The translations under genes and the position numbers were made by a program. A stretch of DNA of 56,934 nucleotides, taken from assembly GCA_035655635.1 (NCBI GenBank), contig DASRUB010000091.1:1-56934 (forward strand). The letters run 5' to 3'. Source of the DNA: Rhodanobacter sp. (GTDB lineage Bacteria > Pseudomonadota > Gammaproteobacteria > Xanthomonadales > Rhodanobacteraceae). Below, piece by piece: positions 38,897-48,918 of the stretch (position 1 is its first letter; every line of letters begins with the position of its first letter). The notes below the pieces were generated by a model, which was not told where the DNA came from, did not search any database, and saw only the letters and a program-made list of their open reading frames with translations.

Positions 38897-38944
38897 TGTC
38901 GCATTTTGCGACAGCTTCGCAACAGGGTGTCTCGATACAAAACA
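38897..38944. promoter_or_regulatory. Upstream activator sites for the AcoR-like regulator
   Basis: Perfect inverted repeat TGTCGCA-TTT-TGCGACA (38897-38913) and degenerate copy TGTCTCG-ATA-CAAAACA (38928-38944), 130-180 bp upstream of the -24/-12 promoter. Confidence 0.65.
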
Positions 38945-39073
38945 CAACGAAGGGCGAAATGCAACGGAGTCGCCCGACCGTCGTTGGTGCGGCGCCGCAA
39001 TAGAACGCGAATGTCCTTTTAGTGCGAGGTTGGGCGTCCTGACACGGTGCAGCAATTCTACCAAGGCAACGGT

Positions 39074-39090
39074 CTGGCACGACATCTGCT
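39074..39090 (+). promoter_or_regulatory. Sigma54 (-24/-12) promoter of the aldB operon
   Basis: CTGGCACGACATCTGCT: GG-N10-GC spacing, 40 bp before the ATG, beside a sigma54 activator. Confidence 0.85.
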
Positions 39091-39130
39091 GTGTAGTCAT
39101 TACCTTCCATCAGACGCGGAGCAGACAGCC

Positions 39131-40651
<1,521 letters not shown>

Positions 40652-40757
40652 GCTTGCGAGCGGGCGGTCAGCCGTTCGCCCGCCTCGCCACCACCTCTGC
40701 AGATGATCGCCGCACCGTTGCGGTGAGGATCTTCTGTTGCCCATGCAAGGTATCCCG

Positions 40758-41258
40758 ATGAATCCAGCACGCCAGCAGGTTGCGCCCGCCAGCACACGAT
40801 CCGGTCGTGGCGGCGACGACGCATCGTGTCGTCGTGTCGTGGTCGCGGCGCTCGGGCTTTGCCTCGGCATGTCGACGCAAGCCTGGGCCGGGGACCCACA
40901 GCCTGCGCAGGCTGTCAATCTGCAACCGGTGGATGTGGCGGTGGCACCAGGTTTCGGTGCATGGCTGCCGGAGCAGTGGACGCCAAACGCGAAGGGTTCC
41001 AACTACCTGTTGCACGGCACCTTCCGGCTCGCCGACAAGCTGGAGCCTGGCCTCAACGGTGGCATCAGCCGCAACCAGGGCGACCTGGCCAACACGTCGG
41101 ATTTCAAGGCCGACAGCAAGGTCATGACGGGTCCGTACTACGCGCTGATCAAGAGCGTGACGCTGAGCTTCGAGTTTAACCAGACCCGTTCGAAGGATTT
41201 TGCCGGCAACACCTCACGCACGAATGGCGCGTCCAGCGACGGCTTCCTCATCTTCTGA
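40758..41258 (+). pseudogene. Internally deleted outer-membrane beta-barrel/porin gene
   Basis: Signal peptide (..STQAWA) joined almost directly to a few alternating beta-strand-like segments and a terminal Phe; too short for a porin. Confidence 0.5.
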
Positions 41259-41287
41259 TTTGCCTGACCGAAACACGGGAGATTCAC

Positions 41288-42985
41288 ATGAAAAACCTGA
41301 TGACCTTGCGCAAGAGCGGCATGTTCTTGGCGATGCTGGCGTTTGCTGGTGGTGCGCTGGCCGCCGATTACCCGGCGGTGACCGACGCTCGCCTCAACCA
41401 CGCAGCCAACGACAATGGCTGGCTGATGTACCGGCGTGACTACGCCAGCGACGGCTATGCACCGTTCAAGCAGATCAACACCACCAACGTCACCGGCCTG
41501 AAGCAGGTCTGGGACTACAAGACCGGCAAGGACGAGGGGCATGAGGCGCCGGCGATCGTCAACGGCGATTTCATGTACATCACCACGCCGAAAGATGGCC
41601 TGCTCGCGTTCCAGGCCAGCACCGGCAAGCTGTTGTGGCAGTACCAGCATGATCTGTCCCAGGTGGGCCTGAAGACCATCTGCTGCGATGTCGTCAATCG
41701 TGGCGTCGCGCTGTACGGTGACAATGTCTACATGGCCACGCTGGACAACTATGTGGTGGCGCTGAACGCGGTTACCGGCAAGGTGGTCTGGAAGAAGCAG
41801 CTGATTGCGGCCGACATCGGTTACGCGATGACGCTGGCGCCGCTGATCGTCAAGGGCAAGGTGATTGTCGGCGAGTCCGGCGGCGAGTACGGTGCGCGCG
41901 GGTTCATCGAGGCACTAGATGCCGACACCGGCAAGGAGGCATGGAAGACCTACTCTGTTCCCGCGCCCAACGAACCCGGTGGCAATACGTGGCCAAAGGG
42001 CGCGTACAAGACGGGCGGCGGCGGGGCATGGCTGACAGGCAGCTATGACGCGGCCACGGATACCTTGTTCTGGGGCGTCGGCAATCCCGGCCCGTGGCTG
42101 GCCACGCTGCGTCCGGGGGACAATCTCTACACCGACTCGGTCGTCGCCATGAATCCGGCCACCGGCAAGATCAAGTGGCACTTCCAGTACACCCCGCACG
42201 ACACCTGGGACTACGACGGCACCAACGAGACGGTACTCACCGATGTCACCTACCAGGGCAAGTCGCACAAGGCGCTGGTCAGCGCCAGCCGCAATGGCTG
42301 GTTCTACGCGATCGACCGCACCAGCGGCAAGCTGATCTACATGAAGAAGTTTGCCACGGCCACCTCGGTCAACGGCGAGAAGGACGGCAAGGTCACCACC
42401 GACCCGGCCATGCGCCCGGCCCTCGGCAAGGAAGTGCTTACCTGTCCAAGCTTCCTGGGCGGCAAGAACTGGTGGCCGATCTCGGTCGATCCGCAAACGC
42501 ATCTGGCCTACGTGCCGACCATCCACACCTGCATGACGATCAAGGGCACCACGGTCAGCTACAAGGCCGGCCTGCCGTTCCTCGGCGAGAGCTTCAAGGT
42601 GGTTGCCGATCCCGCGTTCAAGGGTCAGTGGAGTGACGTGCAGGCGATTGACGTCAACACCGGCAAGCAGGTCTGGACACATCCGTCCGCCTTGCCTTGG
42701 AACGACGGCATGCTGAGCACGGCCGGTGGTCTGGTGTTCTCCGGCAGCGCGGATGGCTACCTGCATGCGTTCGACGCGAAGAGCGGCAAGGTCCTGTGGA
42801 AGAGCCCGCAGATGAGCTCGGGCATCATCGGCGTGCCGAGCACCTGGACGGTGAACGGCAAGCAGTACGTGTCGATCTTCGCCGGCTGGGGCGGGGCCAC
42901 GCCGATCTGGGGCGGCGAGATGGCGAAAGATCCAGCTGTGCTGAACATCCCCTTGGGCGGTCACCTGTACGTGTTCTCGCTGTAA
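41288..42985 (+). CDS. PQQ-dependent alcohol dehydrogenase (methanol/ethanol family), predicted lanthanide-binding
   Basis: Signal peptide; vicinal CCDVVNRG; GGEYGARG; GNPGPW; PHDTWDYDGTNE; GGKNW; Trp-docking A.D..TGK..W repeats. Confidence 0.93.
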   Translation: MKNLMTLRKSGMFLAMLAFAGGALAADYPAVTDARLNHAANDNGWLMYRRDYASDGYAPFKQINTTNVTGLKQVWDYKTGKDEGHEAPAIVNGDFMYITTPKDGLLAFQASTGKLLWQYQHDLSQVGLKTICCDVVNRGVALYGDNVYMATLDNYVVALNAVTGKVVWKKQLIAADIGYAMTLAPLIVKGKVIVGESGGEYGARGFIEALDADTGKEAWKTYSVPAPNEPGGNTWPKGAYKTGGGGAWLTGSYDAATDTLFWGVGNPGPWLATLRPGDNLYTDSVVAMNPATGKIKWHFQYTPHDTWDYDGTNETVLTDVTYQGKSHKALVSASRNGWFYAIDRTSGKLIYMKKFATATSVNGEKDGKVTTDPAMRPALGKEVLTCPSFLGGKNWWPISVDPQTHLAYVPTIHTCMTIKGTTVSYKAGLPFLGESFKVVADPAFKGQWSDVQAIDVNTGKQVWTHPSALPWNDGMLSTAGGLVFSGSADGYLHAFDAKSGKVLWKSPQMSSGIIGVPSTWTVNGKQYVSIFAGWGGATPIWGGEMAKDPAVLNIPLGGHLYVFSL

Positions 42986-42998
42986 GCGGAGGTGGATC

Positions 42999-44213
42999 AT
43001 GAACAAGCATCGTTTCCATGCCGGCCTTCACCTGTGCCTCATCGGAATAGCTGCCGTACTGATGTACGGCGGCGCCGCTGCGGCGGCCGAGTTGTCGGTT
43101 TGCATTGACCAGGCCAGCCCGACCGCCAACATGGACCGGCAACTGGCCCAGGCGGTGGCCACGCAGGAGGGCAATACGCTGAAGGTCCACGCGTTCAATA
43201 GCGACGACGGTGGCGACGACGGGTTCGCCCCGAAGGAGTTCAGCAGACTCGCCAGGCAAAGCTGTGACCTGGTGCTGGGCTTTCCGGTCGATGCCAGTGA
43301 GGGCGCCGTGCCGTCCGGACTCCAGGCCACCACGCCGTATGGCCACACCGGTTTCGTGCTGGTGACGGCCAACGGCAGCAAGGCGACCACTCTTGACAGC
43401 CTGCCCGGTAACAGCAAGGTCGCCGTCACCTATCTGACCACACCGAACCTGTATTTCGCACAGCATCCCACGTTGCAGGCAGACGTTCATCTGAATGACG
43501 GCGACGCACTGGAGGCATTGCGCATGGGTACTGATCAGGCTGCCATGCTGTGGCAGCCCAGCGTGGTGCGCCATCTGTCCGCGCAGCGCGAGGCAGCCAG
43601 GTTCAGCTACCACCAACTGCAGGAGCCACATGCGCAGTTCAACCTGGTGGCGTTGTACGTCCCCGGCCATGCCAGCGCGGCGGCCGCATTTGAGCGGGCG
43701 ATTGCCACACTTGCCGCATCGAGCGAACTGGTGCACCTGCTTTCGCCCTATGCCGAGGCGGGCGGCGCGCAGCTGTCGCCGCGCCGGCCTTCGGCATCGC
43801 TATGGTGGTCGCGGCGGGGAAGCCGGGCAGAGCGCCGCTGCGGGGATGCTTTCAAGCCGTCGGCGGACAGCCCGCCACCGGCGCTGTTCACCAAGGCGCA
43901 GGCCGACAGCGGCAAGCAGAAGTTCCTGGAAAACTGTGCCCAGTGTCATGGGCCCACGTTGGCCGGTCGCGCGGGGCCGGCGTTGAAGGGGCCGAACTTC
44001 GCCTCGGTCAAGGCGCAATTCCACGTCAGCGACATCTTCACCATCCTGTCGCAAAACATGCCAGCTACCGAGCCGGGCAGCCTGGCCCACCAGGACTATG
44101 TGGAAATCATGGCGTTCCTGCTGCAGCAAAATGGCTACCCGGACGGCAGATCGGCGCTGACATTCGAGGAGGCGAAAAAGTCGAAGGTCATGCTGATCTA
44201 CCGCGGCCAGTGA
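42999..44213 (+). CDS. MxaJ/XoxJ-like periplasmic binding domain fused to a class I c-type cytochrome
   Basis: Signal peptide, LSVCID, CDLVLG, TTPYGHTGFVLV and DQAAMLW (J-like); C-terminal CAQCHG and MP axial Met. Confidence 0.75.
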   Translation: MNKHRFHAGLHLCLIGIAAVLMYGGAAAAAELSVCIDQASPTANMDRQLAQAVATQEGNTLKVHAFNSDDGGDDGFAPKEFSRLARQSCDLVLGFPVDASEGAVPSGLQATTPYGHTGFVLVTANGSKATTLDSLPGNSKVAVTYLTTPNLYFAQHPTLQADVHLNDGDALEALRMGTDQAAMLWQPSVVRHLSAQREAARFSYHQLQEPHAQFNLVALYVPGHASAAAAFERAIATLAASSELVHLLSPYAEAGGAQLSPRRPSASLWWSRRGSRAERRCGDAFKPSADSPPPALFTKAQADSGKQKFLENCAQCHGPTLAGRAGPALKGPNFASVKAQFHVSDIFTILSQNMPATEPGSLAHQDYVEIMAFLLQQNGYPDGRSALTFEEAKKSKVMLIYRGQ

Positions 44214-44418
44214 AATGATGTCGTCACTTGAGCAGGCAAAGCGCGCGATGCGGTGGCGGCATGGCGCAAACCACGGGGGCTCGAAATGAAGCCGACAGTA
44301 TGGTCATCAAGGCGACGATGCAAATGCATTCCCGAAGTGGAAATTTTCGTGGTTGTGCTTGCCTGGGCGGGCGGCATTCCACCGCCGGTTAGGTACACGC
44401 TTCATGCAGGAGAGTTCC

Positions 44419-44802
44419 ATGTCACCATCCACCAGCGTCGAAAAAGTGATTGCCACAGCCAGCGCCGATGCCCTGATCGAACGGTTGCGCCAACGCCACG
44501 GCCCGTTATTGTTCCACCAGTCCGGTGGCTGTTGCGACGGCTCCTCCCCGATGTGCTTTGCGCAGGACGACTTCATCGTGGGCGACCGCGACGTCAAGCT
44601 GGGCGAGATTGCCGGCGCGCCGTTCTACATGAGCCCTTCGCAGTATGAATACTGGAAGCACACCCAGCTGATCATTGACGTAGTCGAAGGCCGCGGTGGC
44701 ATGTTCTCGCTGGAGAACGGCCAAGGCGTGCGTTTTCTTACCCGTTCGCGCCTGTTTCGTGACGACGAGATCGACGAGATGATTCGCGATGGGCGCTTCT
44801 GA
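44419..44802 (+). CDS. DUF779 family protein
   Basis: HGPLLFHQSGGCCDGSSPMC, QYEYWKHTQLIIDVVEGRGGMFSLE; family usually accompanies aldB. Confidence 0.9.
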   Translation: MSPSTSVEKVIATASADALIERLRQRHGPLLFHQSGGCCDGSSPMCFAQDDFIVGDRDVKLGEIAGAPFYMSPSQYEYWKHTQLIIDVVEGRGGMFSLENGQGVRFLTRSRLFRDDEIDEMIRDGRF

Positions 44803-44829
44803 ACGGCGCGCCCGATCGGCGGCGTCGGA

Positions 44830-46821
44830 TTACTGCAGGTGTCGGCTCATCCAGCCGACCCAGCGCCGATACACATCCGTGGTGCGCACGATGTCTTGCG
44901 GGAAGTGGGTATCCACCGGATAAGCGTAAAACTCCACCGGCACGCCAGCATCGCGCAGCGCGTGGTACCACTCATAGCTGTTCACCAGCGGCACGTTGGG
45001 ATCGCCCACGTCGCCCATGATCAGGGTCGGGGCGGTGACATTCCGGGCGGCAGCCATCGGAGACTGTTCGCGCCAGATGTCGTGATCCTTTGCCTGCCAC
45101 GGCGAACCGCCGAAGAAATAGCTGTCGCCGGTCTGGTAATACGAAACGGTGTAATCCATCACCCAGTCGGTCAGCGCGGCGCCGGTGACAGCGGCCTTCC
45201 ACGTCGACGGATAATGCCCGGAGAGCCAGGCAGTCATGTAGCCCCCGTACGACCAGCCGCTGACGCCGATCCGGCTGCTGTCGATCATGCCCAGTTTCTC
45301 CACCGCCGCGAGACCAGCCATTACGTCCTTGCCCGGACCTTCGCCGGTGTTGCGGTAAATGGCGTGCTGGTAGGCGTCGCCGAGATTGGTGCTGCCGCGG
45401 TAATTCGGCTGGAACACCACGAAGCCGGCCGCAGCGAGCAATTGCGGCAACGGCGAGAACTGCACCGTGGAGCCGGCCTCGGGTCCGCCATGGATGACCA
45501 GCACCAGCGGGTACTTCTGGCTCTTTTGATAGCCGACCGGGTAGGTCAGAACGCCGTCCTCGTGGAAGCCGTCCGGACCTTGCCAGTCGATCGATTCGGT
45601 GCGACCGAGCGCAAGCTTGTCGACGAACCCGTTGAGGTTGGTCAGGCGGCGTGGCTGGGTGCTCGTGGAGTTCATCACGTACAGCTCGCCAGGATGATTG
45701 GCCGTGCTGCCGACGAAGGCCAGCGCGCCGGTCTTCGCGACGCTGACCTCCGCGTCCGCTTCGACGTCGCCCAGCTCGAGCCTGCTGGCCTTGCCCGACA
45801 GCGGCCGGCGCCACAACACCGCATGGGTGCCGTCGCCACCGGCCAGCACCAGCGCCTTGCCGTCCGGCAGCCAGGCGTAGTTGTCGAAGTTGCGGGCCAG
45901 CGCCTGGGTCACGTCACGGCTGTGGCCGTCGATGGAAACGTAGACGGCGTTGCCATTGTTCTGATCGCCGCTGCGGGGGCGCGTGAAGGCGAGGGCGCTG
46001 CCGCTCGGCGCATAGCGTGGGTCCATGACGGTCTGCTCGGCGACCAGCGTGCGTGGCGCGCCGCCGGTGACGTCGACCACGTCGATCACCGAGTGAAATG
46101 ATGGTCCCCAGTACGGACCGGGAAAACGCACGAAGGCGATGTGTTGGCCATCGCGGCTCCATGCCGGCTCCGGCGCGCCGTCCTGCTGGTCGGTCTGCAG
46201 GCTGAAGCTGCCTTCGGTCAGCCGTTTGGCGGTTCCGCCGACGCTGGGTACCACCCAAAGATGCGATGGAGTCAGCGCGGCGCGGGCAAGAAAGTGGTTG
46301 TCGGTGACTTGGAACGCATCGTCATGTGCCTTGATAGCCTTGGCGTTGGCCGCCTCATCGGCGGTGATGAAGGCAAGCTGCTTGCCATCCGGGCTCCAAC
46401 TGAAAGAGTCCACGCCGCGCTTGGTTTCAGTAATGCGGACGGCGTCGCCGCCATCCATCGGCATGACATAAAGCTGGCCTTGCTTGGTCTTGTCGTCCTT
46501 GGCGATGAAAGCCAGCCGAACACCGTCCGGCGACCAGCGCGGCGAGCCAAGTTCCTCGCGCTTCCAGGTCAGCGATCGCAGTGCGCCGCTGGCGACATCC
46601 ACCAGGTCGATCTCCTGCTGGTGCTTGTCGGTCTTGAAATCCGGTGTGGAGACAACGACGACGATACGTTTGCCGTCCGGCGAGATCTGCGGTTCGCTCA
46701 GGCGCACGATTTTCTGCAGGTCGCCCAACTGGAACGCCGGAGTGGTGCTGACGGCAGTCGCGGGAAGCGGCAGGACAAGCAGGCAACAAGACGCGAACGC
46801 AACAAAGCCGAGGAACTTCAT
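44830..46821 (-). CDS. S9C acylaminoacyl/prolyl oligopeptidase-family serine peptidase, secreted
   Basis: WSPDG propeller repeats; IHGGP, PNYRGS, GWSYGG, GDPNVP, THF; signal peptide. Confidence 0.92.
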   Translation of the reverse strand: MKFLGFVAFASCCLLVLPLPATAVSTTPAFQLGDLQKIVRLSEPQISPDGKRIVVVVSTPDFKTDKHQQEIDLVDVASGALRSLTWKREELGSPRWSPDGVRLAFIAKDDKTKQGQLYVMPMDGGDAVRITETKRGVDSFSWSPDGKQLAFITADEAANAKAIKAHDDAFQVTDNHFLARAALTPSHLWVVPSVGGTAKRLTEGSFSLQTDQQDGAPEPAWSRDGQHIAFVRFPGPYWGPSFHSVIDVVDVTGGAPRTLVAEQTVMDPRYAPSGSALAFTRPRSGDQNNGNAVYVSIDGHSRDVTQALARNFDNYAWLPDGKALVLAGGDGTHAVLWRRPLSGKASRLELGDVEADAEVSVAKTGALAFVGSTANHPGELYVMNSTSTQPRRLTNLNGFVDKLALGRTESIDWQGPDGFHEDGVLTYPVGYQKSQKYPLVLVIHGGPEAGSTVQFSPLPQLLAAAGFVVFQPNYRGSTNLGDAYQHAIYRNTGEGPGKDVMAGLAAVEKLGMIDSSRIGVSGWSYGGYMTAWLSGHYPSTWKAAVTGAALTDWVMDYTVSYYQTGDSYFFGGSPWQAKDHDIWREQSPMAAARNVTAPTLIMGDVGDPNVPLVNSYEWYHALRDAGVPVEFYAYPVDTHFPQDIVRTTDVYRRWVGWMSRHLQ

Positions 46822-46983
46822 GGAAACCCCTTTGATGACCCATGGTGGAGGCAACGGCGCGTGAACCGGGCCGCCGACGGAACGAGACGCGGCTACTTTA
46901 CGCCGGTAGCCCGGGGAAGTGCGGTCACCCGCCGCGGTTGGCGTACGCTATGCCGTTCCAGGTGCGCCACCGGGGAGGTTGCC

Positions 46984-47187
46984 TTGAACGCTTCGACACT
47001 GTGGTGGGGCCTGCTGTTCGGCTCGATCGGGATGGGCTTTTTCATCTACGGCCGGAAGCAGCGCGCGATCGTCCCCCTGATCTGCGGAGTCGCCTTGATG
47101 GCGTTCCCTTATTTCGTGAGCGGCACGGCCTGGTTGCTCGTCGTCGGCGTGGTGCTGATGGCGGTACCGTATTTCATCCGGACGTAG
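46984..47187 (+). CDS. Small (67 aa) membrane protein
   Basis: TTG start after GGGGAGG; MNASTLWWGLLFGSIGMGFFIYGRKQ..LMAFPYF..; three hydrophobic segments. Not called separately in the ORF track. Confidence 0.75.
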   Translation: MNASTLWWGLLFGSIGMGFFIYGRKQRAIVPLICGVALMAFPYFVSGTAWLLVVGVVLMAVPYFIRT

Positions 47188-47288
47188 GAGTCCGCCAGAT
47201 TCGTGGTCGAGGCGTATCTCTCCAGCACGGCAACTACGTGTTGGAGCGGATCGGGCGTGCTTCGCCGAATCCGCACCCAGATCGAACT

Positions 47289-48728
47289 TCACAGCGCGGA
47301 CAGGAACGCCACCAGGTCTTGCTTTTGCCTCGCGCTCATGCCGATGTTGAAACGCGTGTCGTAGAAGTTCACTACGTCCGCAAGGGTGGCCGCCGAGCCG
47401 TTGTGGAAGTAGGGTGCGCGCGCCGCGAGCCCGCGCAAGATCGGACCCTTGAACTTGCCGATGTCGCTCCATTTTCCAGTGAGCATCGCCAGCCCGGGAT
47501 CGGTGGTCTGCACCATTGCGCCGGTGCTGTAGCGGGTCAGCGTGTAGAGCGGCATGTCCGGAGTGCGCCGGCTGGCGTCGGCAATACCGATGTTGATCGG
47601 CAGCGCGACCGAGTGATTGCCGATGTTAGGTGCGTCGTGGCAACTCGTGCAGCTGCCCTGGATGACCGGTGCGCCGGTGACATCGTTCAGCCCGGCCACG
47701 CCGCTGATGCTGATGGGCATGCTGTTGAAAAGCTGCTCGCCGCGCGCGATGGCGGCACGCGCATGGTCGCGCGGATCGAGGCTCAGGTTCGCATTCTGGT
47801 CATTCCAGTCGTCGAACAGGCGCATCGCTTTCGCATCGAACGGCTCTTCGGTGGGATCGCCACCGAGCACGTCGTTGATGCCCACCCAGAAGCGTTGCTG
47901 GGCAAGAATGCCGGCGCCGCCCATGCCACCGTCGCCATTGAGTCGTCCGGCGCGGTTGTCGACCAGTTGGGCCGTGAACAGATGCGATTCGAAGTCGACG
48001 ATCTGCTTGAGGACGGCATCGCTGGGGGCGGTGATGGCCTGCGCATGACCGAGAATCGCATCGCGGGCCTGCGAGGTCAGGCTGGCGTGGATGTCGGCGA
48101 TATCGATGCCAGCGTCCATCGGCGGTTTGAACGGTGCGAAGGTTTCGCGGCCGTCCCACATCATCGCGGTGTCCCAGATCAGATTGGTGGCCGGTAGCGG
48201 GCGACGGAACAGCGACAGCTCGCGCGCGCTGGCGTAGCCGTAGGGGTCGTCCACCGCGGTCAGCCTGAATTCGGCATGGGCCGGCACTGGCAGGCCGATG
48301 CGCAGCACGCCGCGATTGATCAGCATGGCGTAGGCGATGCGTCGCGCATAGACGCTGGAAACATCCGCCAGCGGCGATACCGCACCATCGACCAGGGCGA
48401 AGATCGGATCGGCGCCGTTGGTCTGGTTGAAGCGCTGGCGTATCTCCGCGGCGGAGATCGTCCAGCCCTCGGCCTGACGGTGGCAGGAATTGCACGAACG
48501 CCCGTTGCTGCCGAGGCTCTGGAAGAACGGATTGCCGCTGTCGATGCTGCCGCCCGGCGTGCTGGTTTGCAGCGAGCCGGAGGGATCGGCGGTGATCAGC
48601 GGATCGGCGCGTCGTGACTGTTCGCTGGCTGCCTGGGCCGGCATGGCGGCCCAGGCCATCAGCAGAACGATGGCCGGGACCAGCAGGCCTCGGCCGACGG
48701 TGGATCGGATAGTGCGATGAAGCTCCAT
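47289..48728 (-). CDS. Di-heme cytochrome c peroxidase/MauG superfamily protein, exported
   Basis: Two CxxCH (CNSCH, CTSCH); MWDGR; TTDPG..GKFKGPILRGLAARAPYFHNG; DLVAFLSAL. Confidence 0.85.
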   Translation of the reverse strand: MELHRTIRSTVGRGLLVPAIVLLMAWAAMPAQAASEQSRRADPLITADPSGSLQTSTPGGSIDSGNPFFQSLGSNGRSCNSCHRQAEGWTISAAEIRQRFNQTNGADPIFALVDGAVSPLADVSSVYARRIAYAMLINRGVLRIGLPVPAHAEFRLTAVDDPYGYASARELSLFRRPLPATNLIWDTAMMWDGRETFAPFKPPMDAGIDIADIHASLTSQARDAILGHAQAITAPSDAVLKQIVDFESHLFTAQLVDNRAGRLNGDGGMGGAGILAQQRFWVGINDVLGGDPTEEPFDAKAMRLFDDWNDQNANLSLDPRDHARAAIARGEQLFNSMPISISGVAGLNDVTGAPVIQGSCTSCHDAPNIGNHSVALPINIGIADASRRTPDMPLYTLTRYSTGAMVQTTDPGLAMLTGKWSDIGKFKGPILRGLAARAPYFHNGSAATLADVVNFYDTRFNIGMSARQKQDLVAFLSAL

Positions 48729-48918
48729 GGCGAGGTCTCCCCTTCGGATGGTCGTTGCGCGGCGTTCCCCTGCTTCGACCCATTGGCGGGCGTGGCATCA
48801 CGGAAAACACCGCCTGCCGGCAAAGTGCGACATGAGGGGAGCGTGGCGCCGCTCGGGCGACGGAGCAGGGGGCCGGGGTCCGCATGGTGCTCTGCCTGGC
48901 GAGGTATCGCTGGAGTCG

